A stretch of DNA of 64,000 bases from Halobacteriales archaeon QS_6_71_20 (GTDB taxonomy: Archaea > Halobacteriota > Halobacteria > Halobacteriales > Haloferacaceae), in contig PXRU01000003.1 in NCBI GenBank assembly GCA_003020945.1, forward strand, positions 72,947 to 136,946, read 5' to 3'. The number at the start of each line of letters is the position of its first letter. Within the stretch, counting starts at the first letter, position 1. The position numbers were made by a program, and so were the translations under genes. Of the stretch, positions 49,392 to 59,137 are shown piece after piece. The notes beneath the pieces are model-generated. The model ran no database searches, was not told the origin of the DNA, and saw nothing but the letters and a program-made list of their open reading frames with translations.

Positions 49392-51897
49392 ATGGACTCC
49401 ACCGAGAGCCTCCCGTCGCGGGCGGACACGGTCATCGTCGGCGCGGGGATCGTCGGCTGTAACGTCGCGTATCAACTGACGAAGCTCGGACGTGAGAACG
49501 TGGTCGTCGTCGACCAGGGTCCGATGCCCACGACCGGCGGCTCCTCGACGCACGCGCCGGGTATCATGTTTCAGACGGCGGAACCGAAGACGCTCAGCCA
49601 GTTCGCGAACTACAGCCGGAAGCTCTACACCGACCTCGAAGGCGCGGACGGCCGACAGGCGTACAACGAGACGGGCGGCATCGAGGTGGCCCGCAGCGAG
49701 GAGCGGATGGCGTTCCTCCAGCGCCGGGTCGAACACGCGAAGGCGTGGGGGATCGAGGACCCGCAGCTGCTCTCGCCCGAGGAGGTCACCGACCACCTCC
49801 CGCTCGTCGACGAGAGCCGGATACTGGGCGGCTACTACTCGCCGACGGACGGGCAGGTGTCCGGCGTCGTGGCGTGTGACGCGCTGGCCCGCGAGGCCAT
49901 CGACCGTGGCGCGACGTTCGTGCCACACACCCGCACCGAGGACGTTCGAACCGAGGGCGGGTCGGTGGAGGGCGTCGTCACCGAGAACGGCACCATCGAG
50001 TGCGACGAGGTGGTCGTGGCGACGAACATCTGGGCGCGTCAACTCGGCGAGAAGCTCGGCGTCCACCTGCCGGTGACGCCGGTCGAACACCAGTACACGA
50101 TGACCGAATCGCTGGATGAACTCGCCGACGGCGCGGTCGACGTGACCGACCACCCGCTGTTCGAGAACTACGAGAACGTCTCCGGCGAGAAGGCGAAACG
50201 GCTGTTGGTCGGGCCCGACCGGCCCATCCTGCGCGACCAGGACAACGCGATGTACTTCCGAACCCACGGCGACTCCTACGGCATCGGCTCGTACAACCAC
50301 GAGCCGGTCGTGCCGGACCCGCAGGAGCTGGGCGGCAACACGGCGGACGGACAGGGGTCGGTCCACGAGTTCACCGAGCAGCACATGAACTCGGCGACCC
50401 ACCCCGACCGCCCGCACAAGCCACCCCGGCAGGCCAGCGACGAACTGCTGCCGGCGACCGCGGGCAAGGAGTTGGAGTTCAGCTACAACGGGATGTTCGC
50501 GGAGTCGCCCAACGGCCTGCCCGTGATGGGCCCGGTGCAGGAGTACGACGGCCTCTGGACGGCCGCGGCCATCTGGGTCACGCACGCCGGCGGCGCGGCG
50601 AAGGCGCTCGCGGAGTGGATGGAGACGGGCGTGCCGAGGCTCGACGACGGGCCGATCGACCTCGCGCACTGTGACGTGAACCGGTTCGACGACCACGAGG
50701 GGAGCTGGGACTTCGCCCGCGACATCGGCGGGGAGGAGTACCGCATCGTCTACAACGTCATGCACCCGAAGTGGGTGTGGACCGAGCAACAGCGGGACAT
50801 CCGGCGCACGCCGATGTATCACACCCACGAGGAGATGGGCGCGGAGCTGTGGGCCGAGGCCGGCTGGGAGGAGCCGCAGTGGTTCGAGTCGAACGCCGAC
50901 CTCGTCGACCGCTACGCCGACCGGATACCCGACCGCGACGGCTGGGAGGGGCAGTACTGGTCGCCGATCGAGGGCGCGGAGGCGCTCCACGTCCGCAACG
51001 CCGTCGGTCTCCACGACATGACCTCGTTCAACAAGATGGAGGTGGTCGGCTCCGAGGCGGGCGCGTTCGTCCAACGACTGTGTACGAACGACATGGACCT
51101 CGACGTCGGCGAGGTGAAGTACACCCTGATGTGCAACGAGGGCGGCGGTGTCCGCGCGGACATCACCGTCACGCGCACCGACGAGAACCGGTACCTCCTC
51201 CTGACGACCGGCCGCGAGGTCGGGAACAACCACGTCGCGTGGGTGCGCGAGCAGTCGCCCGAGGGCGTCGTCGTCACCGACGCGACCTCCAGTCTGGCCG
51301 CGATGGTGTGTACCGGCCCCGACGCGCGGAAGGTGCTCTCGGAGGTGACCGACGTCGATCTCTCCGACGAGGCGTTCCCGTTCTTCACCAGCCAGCAGTT
51401 CTTCGTGAAGAACGTGCCCGTCACGGCGTTGCGGGTCTCGTACGCCGGCGAACTCGGCTGGGAGCTGTACACGCCCTCCGAGTACGGCGAACGGCTCTGG
51501 GAGCACGTCCTCGAAGCCGGCGCGGAGTACGACATCCGGCCGTACGGCAACGGCGCGCTCGACTCGCTGCGCATCGAGAAGGGGTTCCGGCTGTGGGGGA
51601 AAGACCTCCACACGGAACACACGCCCGCCGAGGCCGGTCTCGGCTGGGCCGTCGACATGGACACCGACTTCATCGGCAAGGACGCGCTAGACGGTGCTCG
51701 ACAACCGGCCCGTGTTTACACCCGAGGGTGACGAGTCGCTCGGCTACGTCCACAGCGCGGAGTACGGCTACACGGCGGGTGCCTGCGTCGCCTACACCTA
51801 CCTCCCGCCGGAGTACGCGGAACCAGGCACCGACCTGGAGATCCTCTTCGAGGGCGACCGCTACGCGGCGACGGTGCGCGAGGAGCCGCTCGTGTAA
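49392..51897 (+). pseudogene. DMG/sarcosine dehydrogenase-like FAD/THF protein (paralog 1), frameshifted by an apparent ~60-nt deletion near 51690
   Basis: GAGIVG FAD motif, GGSSTHAPG, GcvT domain; main frame stops at 51731 while the C-terminal domain continues in another frame (51694-51897, ...EEPLV*). Confidence 0.8.
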
Positions 51898-52291
51898 ACT
51901 ACCCCGTCCTACTCGCTCCCTCCCGCCTTGCGGCGGTCGGTCACTCCTTGAGGACGGGGCTTTACCGAAGCGACATTTGCCCCGCGACCTCATGCGGTTC
52001 GAGAGAGCTTCGCTCTCTCGTCGTCACGAAAGGCGCGAAGCGCCTTTCGAACGGCATGGACGCGGCCCGGCTTCCTCCTGCCGTTCCACGGTGGAGGCGG
52101 CGGGTCGGAGCAGTGCTGCGACCCACGCTTCCCGGACCTGTGCCGTGGACTGTCCCGCCGGTTTGATTCCCGGTGTTCTCGCGCTCCATCCCCAAGCGGG
52201 GAACGGGAGTCCACCCCGTTCGCGGTCGTCGTTCCCGAGTATAGGGTGCGACGGCGTTGCCGTCGCACCGCGGGTGCCAGTTTACTCGTGG
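51894..52291 (-). ncRNA. Putative OMEGA (omega/reRNA-like) scaffold; strand inferred
   Basis: Run of perfect hairpins (52000-52020, 52027-52049, 52201-52221, 52245-52269) ending in the RE hairpin with a GCAA loop on minus. Confidence 0.5.
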
Positions 52292-53442
52292 AGAGCGTGT
52301 CATAGAATAGTTCTCGCACCCTTCGAGTGACGATCCGATGAGCGGTAAATACAGGAGGTGTACGTAACAGGCCTGGTCACTCCGTTGACTTAGAAGGTTG
52401 TCTTTGAATGTCGATTGTCACTGGCCGAGCGTCTCGTCTCATGTGTCTGTATCCGAGCGCGATTAGTATTCCAGAGACCGCAGCAACCGGGACAAATGAC
52501 GGGACTGCGGACGGATCGAAGGGCACCACCGTGGCGTTGCCGAACCCGTGAACGAAGCCGGCGTACCACACGTTCTGCGTCAGATAGTAGATGACACCGT
52601 AGGTGATCCCCGGAATTAGGTTCCCCAGGATGATCAACGGGATCGCGGTTGGGGGTACGCCTTCCAGCAATAGCCCGATGGGAATATGCGCGACGCCGAA
52701 CAAGACCGCTCCACCGAGAATCCCGACTGTGGCGGACAGTCCATGCGAGCGAGAACTCACAAGCGCGGTACATTTGTTCTGCACGTATCCCCGGAAGACG
52801 AACTCCTCAGTGAGCCCGTTCGAGACGGTGAGTGTGAGTAGAAACCAGATCGGAACCCAGTACCACGGCATATCGAAGGCAAAGCCGAGTTGTGCGGTCG
52901 CTCCCGTGACGACGAGATATCCCACGCCGACGATGCTAACCCATCCCCAGAGGACTCCGAACGCGACGACCGCGGGCAGGAACGTCGATCTACTGAGGCC
53001 GACAGCGGACGCTGAAACGCCCTCATACCGAAGCACGCCCCAAGTACCAAGAATGAGAATCAGCATGAACGGAAAGCTTAGGATGGCCGACAGATGTTTC
53101 GGATATTCCGACGACTCAGGGCCCAAAACCGCCGTGTGAGCGGTCACCGAGGCAGCCGCGACAATACTCACGAATGAAACGAGCGCAACGAGAGGGACCA
53201 AACTGGGAATGAAACGGAGGTGACGTGGTGATGTGCTCATGCGTCTGTGGTCTCGACAGTAGAGTAATAAAATATTTCGAGGATAGATGAGGAAGCTGTT
53301 AACTTCTGTAATCATCAGCGAGGACCTGCTGGTCACCTCGGAACCCACTACTGGCTTGGTAAGTTCACAATCCCGCGTAACGGTTGATATACTCTGTCTC
53401 GTGTGAAAGGAACTGCTGTGTGAACCCTTCTATGACACGCTC
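52292..53442. mobile_element. TIR-bounded non-autonomous mini-transposon carrying a passenger gene
   Basis: 26-bp TIRs (22/26 match, outer 15 bp perfect: GAGCGTGTCATAGAA) at 52293-52318 and 53417-53442; direct repeat CGTGG at 52287-52291 and 53443-53447. Confidence 0.85.
52377..53240 (-). CDS. CPBP/CAAX-family intramembrane glutamic metalloprotease
   Basis: EEFVFRGY, FGVAH, HGFGN motifs; multi-TM; visibly AT-richer than the flanks. Confidence 0.9.
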   Translation of the reverse strand: MSTSPRHLRFIPSLVPLVALVSFVSIVAAASVTAHTAVLGPESSEYPKHLSAILSFPFMLILILGTWGVLRYEGVSASAVGLSRSTFLPAVVAFGVLWGWVSIVGVGYLVVTGATAQLGFAFDMPWYWVPIWFLLTLTVSNGLTEEFVFRGYVQNKCTALVSSRSHGLSATVGILGGAVLFGVAHIPIGLLLEGVPPTAIPLIILGNLIPGITYGVIYYLTQNVWYAGFVHGFGNATVVPFDPSAVPSFVPVAAVSGILIALGYRHMRRDARPVTIDIQRQPSKSTE

Positions 53443-53790
53443 CGTGGCACCTACTATCCCGAACTTACACCGGGGTAGTAGTGTTCAGAAAATAGCCGGA
53501 AGAAAGCTAATTCTTTCGATACCGACGGTTGCCCGGATGATGACGGCGATCCCTCTCCTCCCTACTCGCGCCTTCGGCGCTCGTTGAGGAAGGAGGCTCC
53601 TCGCGTATGAACGCTGAGTCGTATCGCCCGCCTGTCAGGCTGTGGGCGTGGGCGGGCGGTCGCGGGCGTGACACCGCGACGGATGGCTTTCGGACGAAAC
53701 GCCACGTAGAACAGTTCTCGACGCAGTTTTCGGTGATTCGACACCCGCTTTACCGGTGTATTTATCCCCGCGACAACCGCGGAACGTGCC

Positions 53791-56343
53791 ATGAGCGGTG
53801 GAAAACTCCCTACGAAGGCGGAGACGGTGGTCATCGGTGCCGGCGCCGTCGGCTGTAGCGTCGCCTACCATCTGACCGAACTCGGCGCGGAGGACGTGGT
53901 CGTCGTCGATCAGGGACCGCTCCCGGTCACGGGCGGGTCGTCCGTCCACGCGCCGGGTATCGTGTTCCAGACGTCCCCCTCGAAGATACAGACGAAGGCC
54001 GCCTACTACACCAGTCGGCTGCTGTCGGACGCCGGCGTGTACGACGAGGTCGGCGGCATCGAGGTCGCCCGCAGCGAGGAGCGGATGGACTTCCTCCGCC
54101 GGCGCGTGGAGTGGGCGACGGCCTACGGCCTACCGGAGCCACAGCTGCTCTCGCCGGAGGAGGTCACCGACCGCCTCCCGATGGTCGACGAGTCGGAGAT
54201 ACTCGGCGGCTACTACTCGCCGACGGACGGCCGCGTCGACGGCATCGGCGCGCTCCAGTGGTACATGGAGCAGTCGCCGGCCGCCTTCTACGGAGAGACG
54301 GAGGTCGAGGACATCGACGTGGCGGGCGGCGAGGTGAACGCGATCGAGACCGACCGTGGACGCATCGACTGCGAACGGTGCGTCATCGCCACCAACAACT
54401 GGGGCTACCAGACCGGGCAGCTGGCGGGACTCGATCTACCCATCGCGCCGGTCGAACACCAGTACGTCGTCACGGAGCCGATGGACGAGCTCGCGGGGTT
54501 CGACACTTCCGTCGGCGACAACACAACCGGATTGGACGTGCCCGGCGACCGCTCCATCGCCGAGTACATGAGCGAGGGGCCGACGCTCCCCGTCGGCCGG
54601 GACCAGGACCACTCGCTGTACTTCCGCAACCACGGCGACGCGCTCGGCATGGGGTCGTACAACCACGAGACGCTCTCGGTCGACCCCGAAGCGATGGGGA
54701 CGAACAGCGAGCAGCGACAGGCCTCCGTCAGGGGGTTCTCGCGGGAGCACTGGGAGCGGCCCACCCACCGCGGCCGCGACAAGTCCGCCAAGCGGGCGTT
54801 CGACGAACTCCTCCCGGCCACCGAGGACGTCGAGTACGAGGCGACGGAGAACGGCATCTTCGTGTTCACGCCCGACGGGATGCCCGCCGTCGGCCCGACC
54901 GCGGCCGTCGACGGGCTGTGGACAGGGCTCGCCGTCTGGTGGACCCACTCGGGCGGCTACGGTCGCATCCTCGCCGAGTGGATGGAGAACGGCGTCCCGC
55001 GGCTCCCCTCGGGACCGGTGGACACGGGCGGCATCCACGTCCGCCGGTTCGGCCCCCACGCCGGCGAGAAGGACTACTTCGTCGACCGCGGGGGGAGACG
55101 CTACGAGCAGGTGTACAGCATCGTCGAGCCGCGCTGGCAGCCCGACGACCACCGCGGCCTCCGGACGAGTCCGTTCTACCACCGTCAACAGGAGTTGGGC
55201 GCGGAGTTCTATCAGGCGGGCGGCTGGGAGTCGCCGCAGTGGTACGAGTCGAACGCCGACCTCGTCGACCGCTACGCGAACCGGATCCCCGAACAGGACG
55301 GCTGGCAGGCGATCAACCGCTCGGAGATCGAGGCGGCCGAACATCTCCACACCCGCGAGCAGGTCTCGATGTTCGACATGACCACGTTCTCCTCGATCAT
55401 GGTGGAGGGGCCGGACGCGGAGGCGTATCTCCAGCGGGTCTGCTCGAACGACGTGGCCATCGACGAGGGGCAGGTGCGCTACTCGCTGCTGTTGAACGAG
55501 GGCGGCGGCATCCTCGCGGACGTGACGGTCGTCCGGCTGGACGACGAGCGGTACATGATGACGACCGGCGGCGGCAACTCGCCGGGCATCCACGGCGGCT
55601 GGCTGGCCGACCACGCCCCCGAGACCGTCTCCGTCCACGTCGAGGAAGGCGCGAAGTCGACCATCGGGTTGTGGGGGCCGAAGTCGCGGCTCCTGCTCCA
55701 GCGGTGTACGGACGCCGACGTGACGAACGAGGGGTTCCCGTACTTCACGGCGAAGCGGATCTACGTCGGCGAGGTGCCGGTCGTCGCGCTCCGTGTCTCC
55801 TACGTGGGTGAACTCGGCTGGGAGCTGTGGGCCCCGACCGAGTACGGCCGGCGGCTCTGGGACACCCTCTGGGAGGCGGGGCAGGACCTCGACGTGCGGC
55901 CGATGGGCGGCGGCGCGCTGAGTTCGATGCGGCTCGAGAAGGGGTTCCGGCTGTGGGGGACGGATATCGACACGGACGCCAACCCCTTCGAGGCCGGTCT
56001 CCCCTTCGCCGTCGACATGGACACCGACTTCGTCGGCAAGGACGCGCTGGAGGCCGCCCGCGCCGACGGGGTCGACAGCCGAGCGACGCCGCTCACGCTC
56101 GACAACTCGACCGACATCATGCTGAGTGGCCGACCCGTCCTGAAAGACGGCGAGGCCATCGGCTACGTGCAGGCCGGGAACTACGGCTACACGATCGGCG
56201 AATCCATCGCGTACACCTACGTGCCGAGCGAGCACGCCGAGGCCGGCACCTCGGTCCGGATACGGTGTGAGGGCGAGACGTATGACGCGACGGTTCGGGA
56301 CGAGCCGCTGTTCGACCCCGGCCGTGAGAAGATCCTTCGATGA
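53791..56343 (+). CDS. DMG/sarcosine dehydrogenase-like FAD/THF protein (paralog 2, intact)
   Basis: GAGAVG, GGSSVHAPG, FDMTTFS, RVSYVGELGWE, RLEKGFRLWG, EPLFDP. Confidence 0.93.
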   Translation: MSGGKLPTKAETVVIGAGAVGCSVAYHLTELGAEDVVVVDQGPLPVTGGSSVHAPGIVFQTSPSKIQTKAAYYTSRLLSDAGVYDEVGGIEVARSEERMDFLRRRVEWATAYGLPEPQLLSPEEVTDRLPMVDESEILGGYYSPTDGRVDGIGALQWYMEQSPAAFYGETEVEDIDVAGGEVNAIETDRGRIDCERCVIATNNWGYQTGQLAGLDLPIAPVEHQYVVTEPMDELAGFDTSVGDNTTGLDVPGDRSIAEYMSEGPTLPVGRDQDHSLYFRNHGDALGMGSYNHETLSVDPEAMGTNSEQRQASVRGFSREHWERPTHRGRDKSAKRAFDELLPATEDVEYEATENGIFVFTPDGMPAVGPTAAVDGLWTGLAVWWTHSGGYGRILAEWMENGVPRLPSGPVDTGGIHVRRFGPHAGEKDYFVDRGGRRYEQVYSIVEPRWQPDDHRGLRTSPFYHRQQELGAEFYQAGGWESPQWYESNADLVDRYANRIPEQDGWQAINRSEIEAAEHLHTREQVSMFDMTTFSSIMVEGPDAEAYLQRVCSNDVAIDEGQVRYSLLLNEGGGILADVTVVRLDDERYMMTTGGGNSPGIHGGWLADHAPETVSVHVEEGAKSTIGLWGPKSRLLLQRCTDADVTNEGFPYFTAKRIYVGEVPVVALRVSYVGELGWELWAPTEYGRRLWDTLWEAGQDLDVRPMGGGALSSMRLEKGFRLWGTDIDTDANPFEAGLPFAVDMDTDFVGKDALEAARADGVDSRATPLTLDNSTDIMLSGRPVLKDGEAIGYVQAGNYGYTIGESIAYTYVPSEHAEAGTSVRIRCEGETYDATVRDEPLFDPGREKILR

Positions 56344-57587
56344 CCGCCTCCGGATCCGACGGCGTCGGCGTGTCGTACGCCGACATCGAGCGGGCCCGCG
56401 AACGGCTCGACGACGACCGGGTCGTGAAGCGGACGCCCGTCGAGGAGAGCACGTCGCTGGGCGAGTTCGTCGGCGGCGAGGTTCACCTGAAGCTGGAACA
56501 TCTCCAGTGGACGGGGTCGTTCAAGACCCGCGGCGCGTACAACAAGATCAGTCAGGACGTGGCGGCGGGCGTCGACGAGTTCGTCGCCGCGAGCGCCGGC
56601 AACCACGCACAGGGAGTCGCGCTCGCGGCTGCCGAGTGCGGGGCCGAGTCGACCATCTGCATGCCGAAGGGCGCGCCGCAGGCGAAGGTCGACGCCACCC
56701 GCGACTACGGCGCGACGGTCGAACTCGTCGGGGAGGACTTCCGCGAGACGATGGACCACGCCCAGTCGCTCGTCGAGGAGTCCGACGCGGAGTTCGTTCA
56801 CGCCTACGACGACCCGGACATCATCGCCGGACAGGGGACGCTCGGCATCGAGATGTATCACGACTGTCCGGACGTCGACGCCGTCGTCGTGCCCATCGGC
56901 GGCGGCGGCCTCATCGGCGGCGTCTCGACGGCGATCAAGCATCTCTCGCCGGAGACCCGGATGATCGGCGTGCAGGCGACGGGCGCGGAGACGGTCCACG
57001 AGAGTCTGGACAAGGGGATGCCCGTCGCGCTCGACGAGGTGGACACCATCGCGGACGGCATCGCCACGGGCGGTATCTCGGAGCGAACGCTGGAGATCAT
57101 CGAGCGAAACGTCGACGAGGTGGTCACCGTCTCGGACGCCCAGATCGCCCGCGCCATCCTCCTGCTGCTGGAGCGGGCAAAGCAGGTCGTCGAGGGGGCC
57201 GGCGCCGCGTCCGTCGCGGCCGTTCTGAGCGACGACGTGAACGTCGAGGGCGAGACGGTGATGCCGCTGCTGTGCGGCGGTAATCTCGACATGACGATGA
57301 TGCGTACGCTGGTGGTCAACGCGCTCACCGACCGCAAGCAACTGCTCCAGTTGCGCGTGCGCATCGACGACAAACCGGGGACGATGGCGGAGTTGTCGGG
57401 CATCGTCGGCGCGCACGGCGCGAACATCCACACCGTCCGCCACGACCGCGCGGTCGGCGATCTGGCCGTCGGCGAGGCGTATCTCGTCTTCAACGTCGAG
57501 ACGGCCGGCGCGAAGCAGGCCGCGTCGATCATCGACGACATCGAGCGGGCCGGCTACCCGGTCGAGGACGTCAGCGACCCCGCGTAG
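56340..57587 (+). CDS. ilvA: Threonine/serine ammonia-lyase with a C-terminal ACT domain
   Basis: TGSFKTRGA, SAGNHAQG, PIGGGGL, DKPG ACT; ATGA overlap with the upstream gene. Confidence 0.93.
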   Translation: MTASGSDGVGVSYADIERARERLDDDRVVKRTPVEESTSLGEFVGGEVHLKLEHLQWTGSFKTRGAYNKISQDVAAGVDEFVAASAGNHAQGVALAAAECGAESTICMPKGAPQAKVDATRDYGATVELVGEDFRETMDHAQSLVEESDAEFVHAYDDPDIIAGQGTLGIEMYHDCPDVDAVVVPIGGGGLIGGVSTAIKHLSPETRMIGVQATGAETVHESLDKGMPVALDEVDTIADGIATGGISERTLEIIERNVDEVVTVSDAQIARAILLLLERAKQVVEGAGAASVAAVLSDDVNVEGETVMPLLCGGNLDMTMMRTLVVNALTDRKQLLQLRVRIDDKPGTMAELSGIVGAHGANIHTVRHDRAVGDLAVGEAYLVFNVETAGAKQAASIIDDIERAGYPVEDVSDPA

Positions 57588-57639
57588 CGACTGTCGGTGT
57601 TCGGATACGCGGATCGTCGCTCGGCCGAGAACCCGCGGT

Positions 57640-57746
57640 GGGTGGGACTGAAAGGGGCCGGGCGCTACGGGAAGCACGGCGAAGTAAGCACCGCAGCCCG
57701 ACCGAAGGGAGCGCGAGACGCGCGACCGTAGCGTCCGGGGGCTTTC
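57640..57746 (+). repeat. REP-like structured repeat, copy C
   Basis: GGGTGGGACTGAAAGGGGCC...AAGCACCGCAG...GGGGGCTTTC; inverted repeat 57658-57670/57726-57738. Confidence 0.8.
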
Positions 57747-57858
57747 TACACCACGGTGGCGGCTCAGTCTCCACTATCATCCGTATCTGAACACGACCAT
57801 AGTGACGGTGGTGTTCAAATAAGACCGTACGAGCCGCCATAGACAGTGTGACCAGTTT

Positions 57859-57968
57859 GGAAGCCCCCGCCGGCTCGACTTCCGGGCCTCGCTGTGGTCC
57901 TCGGCCTTGGTCCGCAGTCCTTGCGTCGTCCGGGTTCGTCGAGCCGGCGGCCCCTTCCGGTCCCACCC
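57859..57968 (-). repeat. REP-like structured repeat, copy D
   Basis: GGGTGGGACCGGAAGGGGCC...AAGGACTGCGG...GGGGGCTTCC on minus; perfect 13-bp inverted repeat 57867-57879/57938-57950. Confidence 0.8.
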
Positions 57969-58071
57969 GACCGCACTCGCTCGGTCAGCTATCGCCCATC
58001 CGAACACCACCGTAGCGGGCGGGCAAAGCTACTTGACCCCGGTCCGGATGATCTCGAAGCGGGCTTCACGG

Positions 58072-58515
58072 ATGTACGACGAGATACTCATCCCGTACGA
58101 CGGGAGCGACGAGGCGCGGAAGGGGGCGCGACACGGCGTCGAACTGGCGGCCGCACTCGGGTCGGCGGTCCACGCGCTGTACGTGATCGACCTTCCGGGC
58201 GCACCGCGGGCGATGGCGCTGCGCGACGACGAGGACGAGATGCGCGAGCGCTACCGCGAGTACGGCGAGGAGGTGCTCGAAGAGGTGGCAAACATGGCGG
58301 CGGAACACGGCGTCGACTGCTCGGCGACCATCCGAAGCGGGTCCGTGAGCGAGGAGATCGTCGATTACGCCGACGAGGCGGGAACGAACGCTATCGTCAT
58401 GGGGTCGGCCTACCGTGGCAAACTCGGAAACATCCTCGGCGGCGCCGCCGACAGGGTGGTTCGGAGCGCGACGGTGCCGGTCATCACCCATCGGATGCGC
58501 GTCGACGAGATCTGA
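58072..58515 (+). CDS. Universal stress protein (UspA)
   Basis: ILIPYDGS, IVMGS, LGGAADRVVRSATVPV. Confidence 0.93.
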   Translation: MYDEILIPYDGSDEARKGARHGVELAAALGSAVHALYVIDLPGAPRAMALRDDEDEMRERYREYGEEVLEEVANMAAEHGVDCSATIRSGSVSEEIVDYADEAGTNAIVMGSAYRGKLGNILGGAADRVVRSATVPVITHRMRVDEI

Positions 58516-58595
58516 TACTGCCTCCGTGTCCGCTCGGGCGCGACCGTACGCCTCCGTGCGGTCAGCCGGTCCATAGAGCCGTCGATCGCCGTCGC

Positions 58596-58757
58596 TCACT
58601 CGTCCAGCAGATACGTCTCTCGAAGGTAGATGGTGAGGCTGGCACACAGGAAGCTGAACCCCGCCGCGCGGAACGACCCGACCGTCATCCCGAACAGCGC
58701 GGCACCGAAGAGGAGAACCGCGAGCAGGGCCGCCGCGGTCGCCGAGACGTTTCGCAT
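58596..58757 (-). CDS. Small two-TM membrane protein (53 aa)
   Basis: MRNVSATAAALLAVLLFGAALFGMTVGSFRAAGFSFLCASLTIYLRET. Confidence 0.55.
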   Translation of the reverse strand: MRNVSATAAALLAVLLFGAALFGMTVGSFRAAGFSFLCASLTIYLRETYLLDE

Positions 58758-59137
58758 ATCTCGCGTCACCAAACTGCCGATGTAAAGAGTGTCGGCTCGG
58801 GCGGCGATCCGCGACGCGCGCCGCTCCGGCAAACACAACCGGTAATCTTTCTGTTATTTCGTCACACGAACGAACCGCACCCTCGGAGGAAACGTGTCCA
58901 CACTGATCACGCGGACGAAAACAGCCGGTCTGACGGCGTCTCGTGCCGGTGTGTGGCGGATCCTTCGCAGCGTTCGGGCAAGGTTTAACAATGCATCCTC
59001 CTATGGTGGGGGTGAAGTTGTGTATAGTTAGCACGAATCAACTACGGAGGCGGCGACGCCCGTAGCGACGCGAGCGTACGCGCACGGACGTAGACACACC
59101 ATGCACACGACCGAACACGGCCGGACGGGAGGATCGT

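Larger units (their letters stand above)
51894..53606 (-). mobile_element. Non-autonomous IS200/IS605-derived element with no TnpA/TnpB ORF, interrupted by a TIR mini-element
   Basis: Two related co-oriented end hairpins (51902-51959; 53555-53595) sharing CCTACTCGC..CTC[C/G]TTGAGGA; minus-strand end GGGGTAGTTTAC; flanking TTCAT (ATGAA at 53607). Confidence 0.75.

Noticed and set aside
51962-52319. Minus-strand ORFs inside the IS605-derived element as a possible TnpB C-terminal remnant
   Set aside because: No Zn-finger CxxC or D-x-N-A-A-x-N-I RuvC-III motif found; hairpin-rich sequence fits an RNA better
53478-53490. GTAGTGTTCAGAA, reminiscent of a haloarchaeal IS terminal repeat
   Set aside because: No partner inverted repeat or TSD, and it overlaps a hairpin arm of the outer element
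830-56235. Many long ORFs antisense or alternate-frame to real genes (e.g. 830-2068, 4488-6659, 7825-9552, 32386-34020, 49182-51620, 54436-56235)
   Set aside because: Shadow ORFs expected at high GC: Arg/Gly/Pro-rich, no motifs, and overlapping well-supported genes
9587-57968. Dispersed repeats considered as a CRISPR array
   Set aside because: Copies are far apart, inverted and variable, with no repeat-spacer periodicity and no cas genes
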